Assembly (NCBI GenBank): GCA_945874535.1
Contig: CAMCGZ010000001.1
Span: forward strand, 28,471 to 92,470
DNA: 64,000 nt
Origin: Bdellovibrio sp. ZAP7
GTDB lineage: Bacteria > Bdellovibrionota > UBA1018 > CAIMNF01
Direction of reading: 5' to 3'
How positions within the stretch are numbered: the stretch's first letter is position 1; every line of letters begins with the position of its first letter. Positions 28,805-38,670 of this stretch are shown here, piece by piece. The notes beneath the pieces are model-generated. The model was not told the origin of the DNA, made no database searches, and saw nothing but the letters and a program-made list of their open reading frames with translations. Position numbers and translations under genes: made by a program.

Positions 28805-29269
28805 TCAGTCCTCCAGGAAATAGAAATACTCTTCAGGATCATCGTCGAACTGGGCACCACAATTGGGGCGCTCACACTTGGCTTTGGGAACCTGAAGATT
28901 CGAGGCTTTCAGTTCCATGGTATTGCAGCATGCGACGAACTCGTTCTCACAAGCCACGCAAGAGAAGGGAAGTAGGATGGAAACCACTTCGCCGCCGCAC
29001 GCGAAGTTGGAGATCATATTGAGTTGCTCGATCACTGAATACGAGCACTCGATGAACCGGAAGCGGACTCCCTGGGCCTTGAGAGACTGGAAGTACTTCA
29101 TCCAGGTTTTTACCCCGACCGAGTTGATCCGCGTGATGCCGCGACACTTGACGGTGAGTAAACCCTCCACTGCGCCAATCAATTGTTCGAAGTTGACGCT
29201 CTCTTCAATCGTCCCGCTCAACTCGACCAACGGGCCCTCTTTCGTTTGCTGTTTGCGAATCGTTAGCAT
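28805..29269 (-). CDS. STAS-like (anti-anti-sigma) protein with C-terminal zinc ribbon
   Basis: LSGTIEE...RINSVGV STAS pattern; CVAC...CERPNC. Confidence 0.7.
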   Translation of the reverse strand: MLTIRKQQTKEGPLVELSGTIEESVNFEQLIGAVEGLLTVKCRGITRINSVGVKTWMKYFQSLKAQGVRFRFIECSYSVIEQLNMISNFACGGEVVSILLPFSCVACENEFVACCNTMELKASNLQVPKAKCERPNCGAQFDDDPEEYFYFLED

Positions 29270-29288
29270 AGTCTTGATTCTATCCGGA

Positions 29289-30161
29289 ATGAAAGCGATC
29301 ACCACAATCCTTTTTGGATGCCTGATTATTCTGTCTTCTTGTGCTTTGGGCCGGATCAATCCGTACTTGAGTCAATCGGCTGACGCGGGCTCCTCGCTCA
29401 AGAGCGACAAAAAAACCGAAAAGCTGCTCACCAAACTCTGGTCGGAGCGGCACGACAGTGCTTCACTTTCGAGATTCATCGAGATGGCGAAGCCCCTCGC
29501 GCGGAGCCCGGGCGACTCGCGTGAACGATGGCTCAAACTTGCGCGGGCCGAGCACCTGATGGCCGAGTTCTACACTGAGTCGGGCCCGGAACGTTTGCGA
29601 CTTTATCTTTCGGCCGCCCACCGCGCCGAGGCCGCCCTTCATCTTAACCCGGCATATCGGGATGCCGTAAGCCGCCCCCGGGCATCGCCGGAAGACGGCC
29701 TCACAGCCATCGATCGGGCCGACCTCGATGCGGCCTACTGGTTCGCCGAGAGTCTCTACCGGTGGTCGGTGGAATCCGGTCCGGAACGCGAACTCAAGCA
29801 CCGCCGGACGGTGGAATTGTTTTTCAGCAGGATAGAGAACCTCGATCCGGGATACAACCATGGCGCGGTCGAGCGGCATTTCGCGATCGAACATGCGCGC
29901 TCGCGGGACGGGGACCCCGAATCCTGGAAACGCAGCCGGGTCCGCTTCGAGTCCCTCCTGAGGCTACATGGCGAATACTTTGCCAACTCCGTGGCATTCG
30001 CAAGATACTTCGCGCGCCCGACGGGCGATGAAGCGCTTTTCAAAAAACTCATCGACCGGGTCCTCAAGGATTCACCCGCAAGTCACCCCGACTCGATTTC
30101 CGAACAGATTCTCGAACAAAAACGGGCCAAGGCCCTTTCAACCCCCAAGAAGGCACCATGA
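29289..30161 (+). CDS. TatT-like TPR lipoprotein (TRAP-T component family)
   Basis: Lipobox LSSC; AAYW.A...W, LDPGYNHGA, YA/FA..., EQ..EQ.RA. Confidence 0.65.
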   Translation: MKAITTILFGCLIILSSCALGRINPYLSQSADAGSSLKSDKKTEKLLTKLWSERHDSASLSRFIEMAKPLARSPGDSRERWLKLARAEHLMAEFYTESGPERLRLYLSAAHRAEAALHLNPAYRDAVSRPRASPEDGLTAIDRADLDAAYWFAESLYRWSVESGPERELKHRRTVELFFSRIENLDPGYNHGAVERHFAIEHARSRDGDPESWKRSRVRFESLLRLHGEYFANSVAFARYFARPTGDEALFKKLIDRVLKDSPASHPDSISEQILEQKRAKALSTPKKAP

Positions 30162-32776
30162 CCCTCGCGCACAAACCGGAAGAATACAAACTCTCCAACG
30201 GCATCCCCGTTATTTTCCAACACCTCGACGGCCATGTGGGAACCTTCCACTGGTGGAACCTGACAGGGAGCACGGATGAGTCCGGCCCGGAGGCCGGCTT
30301 CGCCCATTTTCTCGAACACATGCTGTTCAAAGACGCGGGAGCCAAGGAAACCGGTAACGCCTCGAGCGGACAAACCGCAAGGCTGATCGAGTCGCTTGGC
30401 GGGGAGATCAACGCCTACACCACCTTCGACCAGACCGTCTACCATGTCACCTGCTCGGAGCAGTATTGGGAAAAGGTGATCGACCATTTTGGAGTGATGG
30501 CCGCCCCACAACGCTTCCTTCCCGAGGACTTTGAACGTGAACGCGAAGTGATTCTCGAGGAGCTGCGCAGAGGGCAAGACTCTCCCGATCGACAGTTGTA
30601 CGAGGATCTGTTCGGCCTGACTTACAAGAAGCATCCCTACGGTCGCCCCGTGATCGGTTACGAGAAAATACTGAAGCAGGCCAAGGTCCGGGACCTGGAG
30701 CGCTACTACCGCAAGCACTATGTTTCATCGCGGATGGGACTGGTCCTCGTGGGCCCGATCGCAGATGAAAAAGGCGAAAGGAAAAAACGCCTGCTGCGCG
30801 TGCTGGAAAAACGTTTCGGGAAACGGGTGATCCCCGAGCGTAAAGCCGCTCCACGCGCACTCCCTGCCGAAAAGCCATTGCAGGGTTTGCGAACGAAGGC
30901 GCGACACTTCGACATTCAGACCCCCGAACTGGCGATCTCCTTCCGGATTCCCGAGCTCACCCATGCGGACGCCCCCCTGCTCGAAGTCCTCTCCGGCATT
31001 TTAGGAACCGGCGAGTCTTCCCGACTCTACAGACGCCTGTTCTATGATCGATCCTTGGTGACGGACATCAGCGCGAGTGTCTACATCCCGAAGGATCCGG
31101 GAATGTTCCTGATCTCCGCTGAGCTGAAAGAGACGGGAGACCTCGATCAGGTTCTCGGTGAGATCGTTTCAGAAATCCGCAAGGTCATCGAGGATGGCGT
31201 GGACCAGGAGGAAATCGATCGCGTGATCGCTCTCATCGAGAGCGAGAAGCTTTACGCCACCCAGACGGTCGACGGTCTCGCGGGCAGGATCGGTCTGCTG
31301 CGATTCTCGCTCGGAGATCTGCGGTTCGACACCGAGTACCTCGATCAGATCAAGAGCGTGAACGCCTCCACCCTCAAGCGCCTCGCGAGAGAATACCTGA
31401 CCCCGGAGAGAATGAGCCTCGTGCTGTTCCAGCCGGAGGCGGAAACCCTCCTGAAACTCTCCCAGGTCGAAAAAATCATTGCTCCCCTTCAGTCCGCACC
31501 TGCTCCGGTAAGGGCCAAAGCCTCGAAAACGAAGTCCGGAGAGCCCGAGATCTTGACCACTCCTTCGGGCTTGAAAGTGGCCTATCTCGAGCGGCCCGGG
31601 ACTCCGGTATTTTCCATTTATGCTGCCGCCTATGGCGGATCCCGATCCGAGATCGGGCTCGGAGATCAGTATTGGGGCGCCAGCCACCTGATCTCTCAAA
31701 CCTGGGCAAAAGGAACACCCGAGATCGACTCACGAAAGCTGAGCGCCTTGATCGAAGGTTGCGCCGCTTCGCTCGATGGATTCTCCGGAAGGAACACCAT
31801 CGGGCTCCAATCGACTGGCCTGATCCGTGACTGGGACCGCCTCTCCACGCTTTTCTCGGATGTGTTTTTCAATCCGGCATTTTCGGAAGACGAACTCGCG
31901 CACGCCAAGCGCGTCACTCTCGACATGATCCGCTCCATTCCGAATCACTCCTCACAGGTTTGCTCGCGGTTGTTCATGGAGAATCTTTTCGGAGACCATC
32001 CCTACGCCCGTTCGCCGATCGGAACCGAAGAGCAGGTGGAGCGGATCGGATCGACCGACTTGCACCACCTCCACCAGACCTTCATCCATCCCGGGAATCT
32101 TTCTCTTGCCGTGGTGGGCGGGGTATCGCGACACGCATTTGAAGAATGGCTCGGTCGATTCGATGAGACCCTTTCGAAGCAAAAAAGCCGCTTCGTACAA
32201 GATCGGCTGCCCGCGCCTGCCACACTACCCGCTCCCCGTTGGGCCTCCTCGCGCTTCGACCGTGAGCAAGCCCACATTCTGATCGGCGGGATCGGCCTCT
32301 CCATGTTCGATTCAGACCGCCACGCGCTCCGGATTCTTCAGAACATCCTGGGCGGGCAGAGTGGCCGTCTGTTCATTGAGCTCAGGGAAAAGCGTTCCAT
32401 GGCTTATTCGGTCGCCCCCACCAGCATGGAGGGAATTGAGACCGGCTATGTGGGCACCTACATCGCTTGTGCGCCAGGCAAGAAGGACGAGGCTATCGCA
32501 GAAATCAGGAAGGTGATCGAAACCCTCGTGAAAAAGGGCCCTTCGGCCGCCGAACTGGAGCGAGCCAAGAATTATTTCCTGGGGCAACAGGCGATGAACC
32601 TGCAGAGCACCTGGTCGCTGGCTGCGGGCTACGGCCTCGAACTCCTGTACCGGGGGAGCATCATTTCGGACTCCGAGGTCAAAAAGAGGATCCTTTCCGT
32701 GACCTCGAACCAGGTCCGCGCGATCGCCAAGCGACTCCTGCTGGATGCCCCACAATTGACCGTAGTGGTCAGCTAA
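30158..32776 (+). CDS. M16 (pitrilysin/insulinase) zinc peptidase, fused two-domain
   Basis: GFAHFLEHMLFK (HxxEH), NAYTT, EREVILEE, RLFIELREKR. Confidence 0.93.
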   Translation: MTLAHKPEEYKLSNGIPVIFQHLDGHVGTFHWWNLTGSTDESGPEAGFAHFLEHMLFKDAGAKETGNASSGQTARLIESLGGEINAYTTFDQTVYHVTCSEQYWEKVIDHFGVMAAPQRFLPEDFEREREVILEELRRGQDSPDRQLYEDLFGLTYKKHPYGRPVIGYEKILKQAKVRDLERYYRKHYVSSRMGLVLVGPIADEKGERKKRLLRVLEKRFGKRVIPERKAAPRALPAEKPLQGLRTKARHFDIQTPELAISFRIPELTHADAPLLEVLSGILGTGESSRLYRRLFYDRSLVTDISASVYIPKDPGMFLISAELKETGDLDQVLGEIVSEIRKVIEDGVDQEEIDRVIALIESEKLYATQTVDGLAGRIGLLRFSLGDLRFDTEYLDQIKSVNASTLKRLAREYLTPERMSLVLFQPEAETLLKLSQVEKIIAPLQSAPAPVRAKASKTKSGEPEILTTPSGLKVAYLERPGTPVFSIYAAAYGGSRSEIGLGDQYWGASHLISQTWAKGTPEIDSRKLSALIEGCAASLDGFSGRNTIGLQSTGLIRDWDRLSTLFSDVFFNPAFSEDELAHAKRVTLDMIRSIPNHSSQVCSRLFMENLFGDHPYARSPIGTEEQVERIGSTDLHHLHQTFIHPGNLSLAVVGGVSRHAFEEWLGRFDETLSKQKSRFVQDRLPAPATLPAPRWASSRFDREQAHILIGGIGLSMFDSDRHALRILQNILGGQSGRLFIELREKRSMAYSVAPTSMEGIETGYVGTYIACAPGKKDEAIAEIRKVIETLVKKGPSAAELERAKNYFLGQQAMNLQSTWSLAAGYGLELLYRGSIISDSEVKKRILSVTSNQVRAIAKRLLLDAPQLTVVVS

Positions 32777-32858
32777 ATGCCTTTGATTGTCAAATATTTG
32801 GCTGGTTGAGCCCCGCCCTTGTTCTTGGCTATAATCAAGAGAGGAGGGGCCCGTCTGC

Positions 32859-33485
32859 ATGGCATTAAAACCCGGCTCCGGCTCGACATTCACCCTGGAC
32901 CTGACGCCCGAATCGTTTTTTTTCGAGCTGGTGAGAACCGCTGCTGACCGGAGAAAAATCCGGATCCAACCCGAGACGGAATACTATGTAGTCCGCCTGC
33001 TGAACCGTTTCATGTTCAGCGAGTCCCTGTATTCCAAAAGTCAGGATGGATCACTCGAAGACCAGCCCCTTGCTTTTTTGTACAAAGAAGCCCTCGAGGC
33101 CGCGGCTCAGCCCGAACAGAAAACCCTGTTCCAGAATGTCGGCGATATCTCTCTTTTCAAGGCCGGGTTTTTCCAAGAAAGCCTGAGCCGGATGAATCTC
33201 GATCTCGGTTACTACATCGGACTCGGAGGAGCGGCCTACCGGAACGCTGCCGACCGAAGCGATGAGCGCCATTTCCGGGATTTGTTTTCGGATCTTTCCC
33301 GCCAGTTCGCTTGCATGGTGGACCTGCTTTCGGATGTGAGCGAGTCGACCACTTTCGCGAGAACCGAGCAAGACCTGATCCGGCTCTACGACATGTGGTC
33401 GCGCACCGGAAGCGAACGCGCGGCCCGAACACTCAGCAAAACAGGAATCCGCCTCGACAAAGACCGCGGACGCAAGGACTCCTGA
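32859..33485 (+). CDS. Conserved hypothetical protein
   Basis: GDxSLFxxGFF...YY..LG..AY motif; TATAAT and GAGGAGG upstream. Confidence 0.75.
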   Translation: MALKPGSGSTFTLDLTPESFFFELVRTAADRRKIRIQPETEYYVVRLLNRFMFSESLYSKSQDGSLEDQPLAFLYKEALEAAAQPEQKTLFQNVGDISLFKAGFFQESLSRMNLDLGYYIGLGGAAYRNAADRSDERHFRDLFSDLSRQFACMVDLLSDVSESTTFARTEQDLIRLYDMWSRTGSERAARTLSKTGIRLDKDRGRKDS

Positions 33486-33495
33486 CCGCCGATCT

Positions 33496-34137
33496 TCATT
33501 CGGTCTCGAGCGTGAGAGCGGTCATCCGGTCTCCGACCTGGATCTGGCTCAATACCTCGACCCCTTCCACCACCTGTCCGAATACCGTGTATCGCCCGTC
33601 AAGTTGGGGATGGTTTCCGAGACTGATGTAGAACTGGGCGTCTGCGGAGTCAGGGTCCTCCCCCCTTGCCATGGCAACCGCACCGAGCACGTGCTTCCGG
33701 GGATTGAATTCGGCCGCAAGCGCTTGCCCCGAACCGCCCGAGCCGGTTCCGGTAGGGTCTCCCCCCTGAATGACAAATCCGGGCTCTACCCGATGGAAAA
33801 GAAGTCCATTGTAAAACCCCTCTGAAACCAGCGTTGCAATGCGCTTCGAGGTTTTCGGGGCATCGAGGGGATAAAAGCGGAAGCGGATCTTTCCACGGGT
33901 GGTTTGAATGGTGACACGGAGAAGCGACAGCCCCTGCTCGTCTGCCTCAGCCAATGCCCTCTCCCACTCCGCTTTCAGGCCGGGGGTTCCCGAGGGCGGC
34001 GCCCCAGTCTCCGGGGTTTCGGTCGGTGAGCCCGAGAAAAAGTGCAGATAGACCCCGATGACCGAAGCTTGAATCAGCGTGGCGAAAATGACATTGCGGA
34101 TTCTCCTGGAACCGATCGTGGACGCCATGGTTGACAT
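33496..34137 (-). CDS. Cyclophilin-type peptidyl-prolyl isomerase, membrane-anchored
   Basis: FHRVEPGFVIQGGDP, AMAR, QFYI, LDGRYTVFGQV; start 34137 or 34128. Confidence 0.92.
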   Translation of the reverse strand: MSTMASTIGSRRIRNVIFATLIQASVIGVYLHFFSGSPTETPETGAPPSGTPGLKAEWERALAEADEQGLSLLRVTIQTTRGKIRFRFYPLDAPKTSKRIATLVSEGFYNGLLFHRVEPGFVIQGGDPTGTGSGGSGQALAAEFNPRKHVLGAVAMARGEDPDSADAQFYISLGNHPQLDGRYTVFGQVVEGVEVLSQIQVGDRMTALTLETE

Positions 34138-34969
34138 TCCCCCTTCCGATCCACAAGATGGGCTGAACGTGGATCAACAGCATTCAAGCGCGTTCATGGG
34201 TTTTTGGCAACATCTCGAAGAGCTCAAGGCGAGACTCTTGCGCTGCCTCTATGTTTTTTTTGCGGGCTTCCTGTTCTGCTATTTTTTCACCAACGCCCGG
34301 GTTCTCCATTTTCTTCAAAAACCGCTGTTCGCCGCACTTCCGCCCGAGCAGCAACGCCTCTATTTCACCAGCCTGTTCGAAAACTTCATGACCCACCTGA
34401 AGATCGCGGGCTACAGCTCGCTTTTCTTTTTCTGCCCCTTCTACTTTTACCAACTCTGGTCGTTCATTGCGCCGGGTCTGCATTCCAAAGAAAAGCGCTT
34501 GGTCATCCCTTTCATCCTGGCTGCGAGCTTTTTCTTCGTTGCGGGAGCCGCCTTCGCCTACTTCGTGCTATTCCCGGTCGGATTCAAATACTTCATGGCC
34601 TTCGGACTCCCCGGGGACACCCCGCTTCTGACCATCGACTCCTATTACGGAACCTGCCTGAAGCTCATGCTCATGTTCGGAGCAGCCTTTGAACTCCCTG
34701 TGTTGCTCATCCTTCTCGGCTGGCTCGGGCTCGTCGATGCCGCAACCCTGAGGGCCCAACGCAAAAATGCCTTCATCGGGATCACCATCGTTGCCGCCTT
34801 TATCGCCCCGCCCGATGCCGTTTCGATGCTCCTCCTCATGGCCCCGCTCATGTTGATGTACGAAGGGGCTGCGCTGGTCATCTCCTTGATTGAAAAGAGA
34901 AATCAGCCAAACACCCCCACCCCTCCGGCCGAGCAACCCTACGATCCCTTCAGTGGACAATCCCGCTGA
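34127..34969 (+). CDS. tatC: Twin-arginine translocase subunit TatC
   Basis: HLEELK.RL, FIAPGL..KEK, FELP, PPD; true start may be 34169 or 34196. Confidence 0.93.
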   Translation: MVDIPPSDPQDGLNVDQQHSSAFMGFWQHLEELKARLLRCLYVFFAGFLFCYFFTNARVLHFLQKPLFAALPPEQQRLYFTSLFENFMTHLKIAGYSSLFFFCPFYFYQLWSFIAPGLHSKEKRLVIPFILAASFFFVAGAAFAYFVLFPVGFKYFMAFGLPGDTPLLTIDSYYGTCLKLMLMFGAAFELPVLLILLGWLGLVDAATLRAQRKNAFIGITIVAAFIAPPDAVSMLLLMAPLMLMYEGAALVISLIEKRNQPNTPTPPAEQPYDPFSGQSR

Positions 34970-35019
34970 ATTCGCCCCCCTTGCGGCCCCCCGCGGGCTG
35001 TGATACACCCGTCAGCTCA

Positions 35020-35077
35020 ACCTCAACTCTTTGCTCGCGGACCTGGGTCCGGGGGCTTGAACCATAAGGAGAATCGA
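35020..35077 (+). promoter_or_regulatory. Probable S6:S18 ribosomal-protein leader RNA
   Basis: Directly upstream of rpsF; CTCTTTGCTC...stem with CCG...AAGGAG resembles the S6:S18-binding leader. Confidence 0.5.
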
Positions 35078-35461
35078 ATGAAATTACCTGGTTACGAAAC
35101 CACATTCATCACTCGCGTCGATCTGAGCGATGAAGGACTGAAAACCCTCAAAGAAAGACTCTTCGGCATCGTCAATGCTTACGGTGGCGAGCTCGTTTAC
35201 GAAGAAGACTGGGGAAAGCGTAAATTCGCTTACGAGATCCAGAAGGAAACTCGCGGCCACTACACCCACTTCGTGTACACCGGCAAAGGGGACATCGTTC
35301 ATGAGATCGAGCGGAACCTTCGCCTGCATGAATCCACCCTGCGCTTCATGACTGTCAATCTCGCCAAAGAATTCGAGAAAGACGTGTTCATGAAAGAACA
35401 GGCTAACGGAACCCCCCTGAAGCGCGAAGAGCGCGCCCCCCAAGCTGAAGTCAGCGCCTGA
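35078..35461 (+). CDS. rpsF: 30S ribosomal protein S6
   Basis: YET.FI...WGKRKFAYEI.K...GHY. Confidence 0.95.
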   Translation: MKLPGYETTFITRVDLSDEGLKTLKERLFGIVNAYGGELVYEEDWGKRKFAYEIQKETRGHYTHFVYTGKGDIVHEIERNLRLHESTLRFMTVNLAKEFEKDVFMKEQANGTPLKREERAPQAEVSA

Positions 35462-35478
35462 TCCGGAGGAAATGAATC

Positions 35479-35814
35479 ATGGCAAAAGAAATGTCTGAAA
35501 AGAAAGAATCCCGCTACAACGACGATATGGACGATGGCATGGACGAAGGCAGCGGCCGTCGTGGCCGTCGCTTCTCGAGCAGCAACCGCAAAAAGGCTTG
35601 CCGCTTCACTTCCGGTGAGGAAGATGCTGCCAACATCAGCTACAAGAACCCCAAGTTCTTGTCCTCGTTCATGACCGAGCACGGAAAAATCGTGCCCCGT
35701 CGCGTGACCGGCAACTGCGCCCAGATCCAGCGCAAGCTGACCACCGAAATCAAGCGCGCCCGTAACCTGGCGTTGCTCGGATTCACCTCGATCGGTCCGA
35801 ACTCGAACTACTGA
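35479..35814 (+). CDS. rpsR: 30S ribosomal protein S18 (N-terminal extension)
   Basis: ISYKN...[10 protein letters not shown]...QRKL..EIKRAR.LALL. Confidence 0.95.
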   Translation: MAKEMSEKKESRYNDDMDDGMDEGSGRRGRRFSSSNRKKACRFTSGEEDAANISYKNPKFLSSFMTEHGKIVPRRVTGNCAQIQRKLTTEIKRARNLALLGFTSIGPNSNY

Positions 35815-35819
35815 GAGGG

Positions 35820-36725
35820 ATGAAGTCCAAACTTCAAAATCGCGGGGCGATTCCAGGGCAACTTGCCCGGATCGCCCCGTTTTTTTTACCCTTCCTGTTT
35901 TTCCAGAGCGCGATCTTCGTCATGCTCTCTCCGCTACCCCTGTTCGTCCTCAGCCTGCGTGGAGCGCTTCCACTCGCACTGGGGGCCTTGTTTTCCAATC
36001 TGATCCTCACCCGTTTTGCGGGCGCGAACCCGAATGAACTCCTGGTCCTCGGGATTTTCTGGTTCGGCGTCGGCAATCTCTTTCCGCTTCTGATCCGTAA
36101 AACCGGTAAGATCCAAGGCAGCTTGGTTTACGCCTTTATTTGCATGATCCTGCTGTTTCTTGGTGCGCTCCAAATCCGGGCTCATGAAATCGGCCTCGGC
36201 GTGATCGATTACCTGCGTTCCGAAATTTCGATCGGCATGGATCACCTGATCCACCTTCCCAACAGCCCGGTGAAGAAACTCGTCGATGAACAGGGGCGGG
36301 ATGGGCTTTTCCGGCAACTGATGACCGAACTCCCTTCGGGGCTCCTGATCGCCCTCTTGTTGTCCCTCTGGGTGAACCTCCTGTTCGCCTCGCAAATCGT
36401 TCCGTCTTTTCTTTCAAAATCATTTTGGAACCGCTTCAAGAACCCGGAGTGGCTGGTCTGGCCGACGCTCGGCAGCGCAGCCCTGTATGCCTTCGGTGAG
36501 CACGCGCCGTATTATATCGGACTGAATTTGTTTAAGCTCTTGATGGTCTTCTATGCCTTTCAGGGTCTGAGCGTCCTCGGATTTCTGATGACCCGGAATG
36601 AAATCGCCGGCCTGGGCAGGATCCTGATTTTTTCGGTCGCCCTCTTCCTCGCCCTTCCCCTGGTCCTGGCACTGGGGTTTTTCGACCTTTGGTTTGACTT
36701 TCGTAAGAAATTCGGGCAAATCTAA
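35820..36725 (+). CDS. DUF2232/YybS family membrane protein
   Basis: Multi-TM, QGLSV, LGFFDLWFDFRK; conserved position between rpsR and rplI. Confidence 0.85.
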   Translation: MKSKLQNRGAIPGQLARIAPFFLPFLFFQSAIFVMLSPLPLFVLSLRGALPLALGALFSNLILTRFAGANPNELLVLGIFWFGVGNLFPLLIRKTGKIQGSLVYAFICMILLFLGALQIRAHEIGLGVIDYLRSEISIGMDHLIHLPNSPVKKLVDEQGRDGLFRQLMTELPSGLLIALLLSLWVNLLFASQIVPSFLSKSFWNRFKNPEWLVWPTLGSAALYAFGEHAPYYIGLNLFKLLMVFYAFQGLSVLGFLMTRNEIAGLGRILIFSVALFLALPLVLALGFFDLWFDFRKKFGQI

Positions 36726-36755
36726 GGGTTCCATTTCATTTATCCAGGAGATCCC

Positions 36756-37205
36756 ATGTTAGTGATTTTAAAAGAAAATGTAGATAATCTCGGCCGCATC
36801 GGTGATGTGGTGAAGGTTGCCGATGGCTACGCCCGCAACTTCCTCATCCCGAACAAAAAGGTTGTTGCCGCTAACGAGAACAATCTGAGCGCCATCGAGC
36901 ACCAGAAGAAGCTTCTCGAAAAGAAGCGCGCTGCTGAAAAGCTTTCCGCTGAAGAACTCGCGAAGAAACTTTCCGCCTTCACTTGCAACATCTCCCGTAA
37001 AGTGGGCGAGAAGGACAAATTGTTCGGATCCGTTACCGCGAACGATATCGCCGACGCCCTCCAGGCCGGTGGTATCTCCATCGAAAAGCGCCTGATTCAC
37101 ATCAAAGATCCGATCAAGGCTCTTGGCGTGCACTCTGTTGAGATCAAGCTCCTTCCAGAAGTTGTGACCAACCTCAAGGTTTGGGTCGTCAAAGAAGAGG
37201 CGTGA
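36756..37205 (+). CDS. rplI: 50S ribosomal protein L9
   Basis: LG..GDVVKVADGYARNFLIP, KLFGSVT. Confidence 0.97.
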   Translation: MLVILKENVDNLGRIGDVVKVADGYARNFLIPNKKVVAANENNLSAIEHQKKLLEKKRAAEKLSAEELAKKLSAFTCNISRKVGEKDKLFGSVTANDIADALQAGGISIEKRLIHIKDPIKALGVHSVEIKLLPEVVTNLKVWVVKEEA

Positions 37206-37209
37206 TCGT

Positions 37210-38607
37210 TTGAAAAAACTTCCGCAGGATCTCGAGGCCGAACGTTCGGTCCTGGGAGCTGTGCTCGTGAACAACAGCACACTCGACCAGGTTCGTGAGG
37301 TCGGCCTCGAATCCCGCGATTTTTTTCTCGATGCCCATCAGAAAATTTATGAAACCGGCTGTCACCTGCTCGATCAGGGAAAACCGGTAGATCTGGTCAC
37401 TCTCACCTCCACCCTTCGCGATCGCGGATGGTACGAGAATATCGGCGGAATGCAAACGCTGACCCACCTGTTCGATCAAGCCTCTTTCCACATCGCCAAC
37501 GTCGTTCATTACGGAAAGATCGTCCGAGAAAAGGCTCTCCAACGCCGACTCATTGAAACCTGTTCTTCCATCATGGAAGAGGGATTTACCGGGGTCGAAA
37601 ACACCGAAACCTACATCGACGCTGCCGAGACCAAGATTTTTGAAGTCTCGCAGAACCGCGCCCAACGTTCATTCTCCACTCTTTCTGAGGTTATTTCCGG
37701 TAACATGACCCGCGTTCAGGAACTCTTTCTTCAGGGGGGCGAGGACGTGGTCGGTCTACCAACCGGATTCCACGAGTTCGACAAGATCACCACCGGGCTC
37801 CACCCGGGCCAGGTGACCATTCTGGCTGCCCGCCCCGGCATGGGGAAAACCTCTTGGTTCATCTCTGCCTTGCTCCACTCCGCAGTGGTCAAGAAATCCG
37901 TTGCAGCACTGTTTTCGCTCGAAATGTCAAAAGAAGAACTCGGGTTCCGCTTTTTCTCCGCCATCAGCCGGATCGATTCGAAGCGCCTGAAGACCGGCGC
38001 GCTCTCCAAAGAGGAATTCCGCCGCTTGATGAATGCCGCCGAACAACTGGGACAGGCACGCATCCACATCGACGATACTCCCGCTTTGACGGTAATGGAT
38101 CTTCGCTCGCGCTGCCGGAGACTCAAGGCAAAAGAGAAAGACCTCAATCTGATCGTCATCGATTACCTCCAGCTCATGCGGGGTCCGAAGTCGAGCCAAG
38201 CGGGCGGGAACCGGGAACAGGAAATTTCCGCTATCTCCCGTGGACTCAAGGAGCTCTCAAAAGAAGTGGGCGTCCCGATCATCGCCCTCTCGCAGCTGAG
38301 TCGTCAGGTCGAGTCGCGTACCGACAAACGTCCGATGCTCTCCGACCTCAGGGAATCCGGAGCCATCGAGCAGGATGCCGACTTGGTGTGCTTCATCTAC
38401 CGGGATGATTATTACAACAAAGACTCGGACGAAAAGGGCGTGGCGGAGATCATCATTGCCAAAAACCGTCACGGCGAGCCAGGTACCGTCAAGCTCGCCT
38501 GGCTCGGCCAATACACTCTTTTTGCGAATCTCACTGAAGATCAAGGCTCGCCTTCCGGCGCTGTTGTGCGGCGCTCGAGCTCTCCTCCGGACGAATTCAG
38601 TCTCTGA
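37210..38607 (+). CDS. dnaB: Replicative DNA helicase
   Basis: AARPGMGKT, FSLEM, IDYLQL, LSQLSR, SDLRESGAIEQDAD, KNRHG. Confidence 0.97.
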   Translation: MKKLPQDLEAERSVLGAVLVNNSTLDQVREVGLESRDFFLDAHQKIYETGCHLLDQGKPVDLVTLTSTLRDRGWYENIGGMQTLTHLFDQASFHIANVVHYGKIVREKALQRRLIETCSSIMEEGFTGVENTETYIDAAETKIFEVSQNRAQRSFSTLSEVISGNMTRVQELFLQGGEDVVGLPTGFHEFDKITTGLHPGQVTILAARPGMGKTSWFISALLHSAVVKKSVAALFSLEMSKEELGFRFFSAISRIDSKRLKTGALSKEEFRRLMNAAEQLGQARIHIDDTPALTVMDLRSRCRRLKAKEKDLNLIVIDYLQLMRGPKSSQAGGNREQEISAISRGLKELSKEVGVPIIALSQLSRQVESRTDKRPMLSDLRESGAIEQDADLVCFIYRDDYYNKDSDEKGVAEIIIAKNRHGEPGTVKLAWLGQYTLFANLTEDQGSPSGAVVRRSSSPPDEFSL

Positions 38608-38670
38608 ACCCGTTTCGCGACGCGTCCTCTGACACTTGCACCCTCCCTCGAACGGGAGGACAATCTTCGC

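Noticed and set aside
35461-35479. No ssb/priB between rpsF and rpsR
   Set aside because: Common arrangement in several bacterial lineages
37210-38607. Possible intein in dnaB
   Set aside because: Normal length (465 aa) with contiguous motifs
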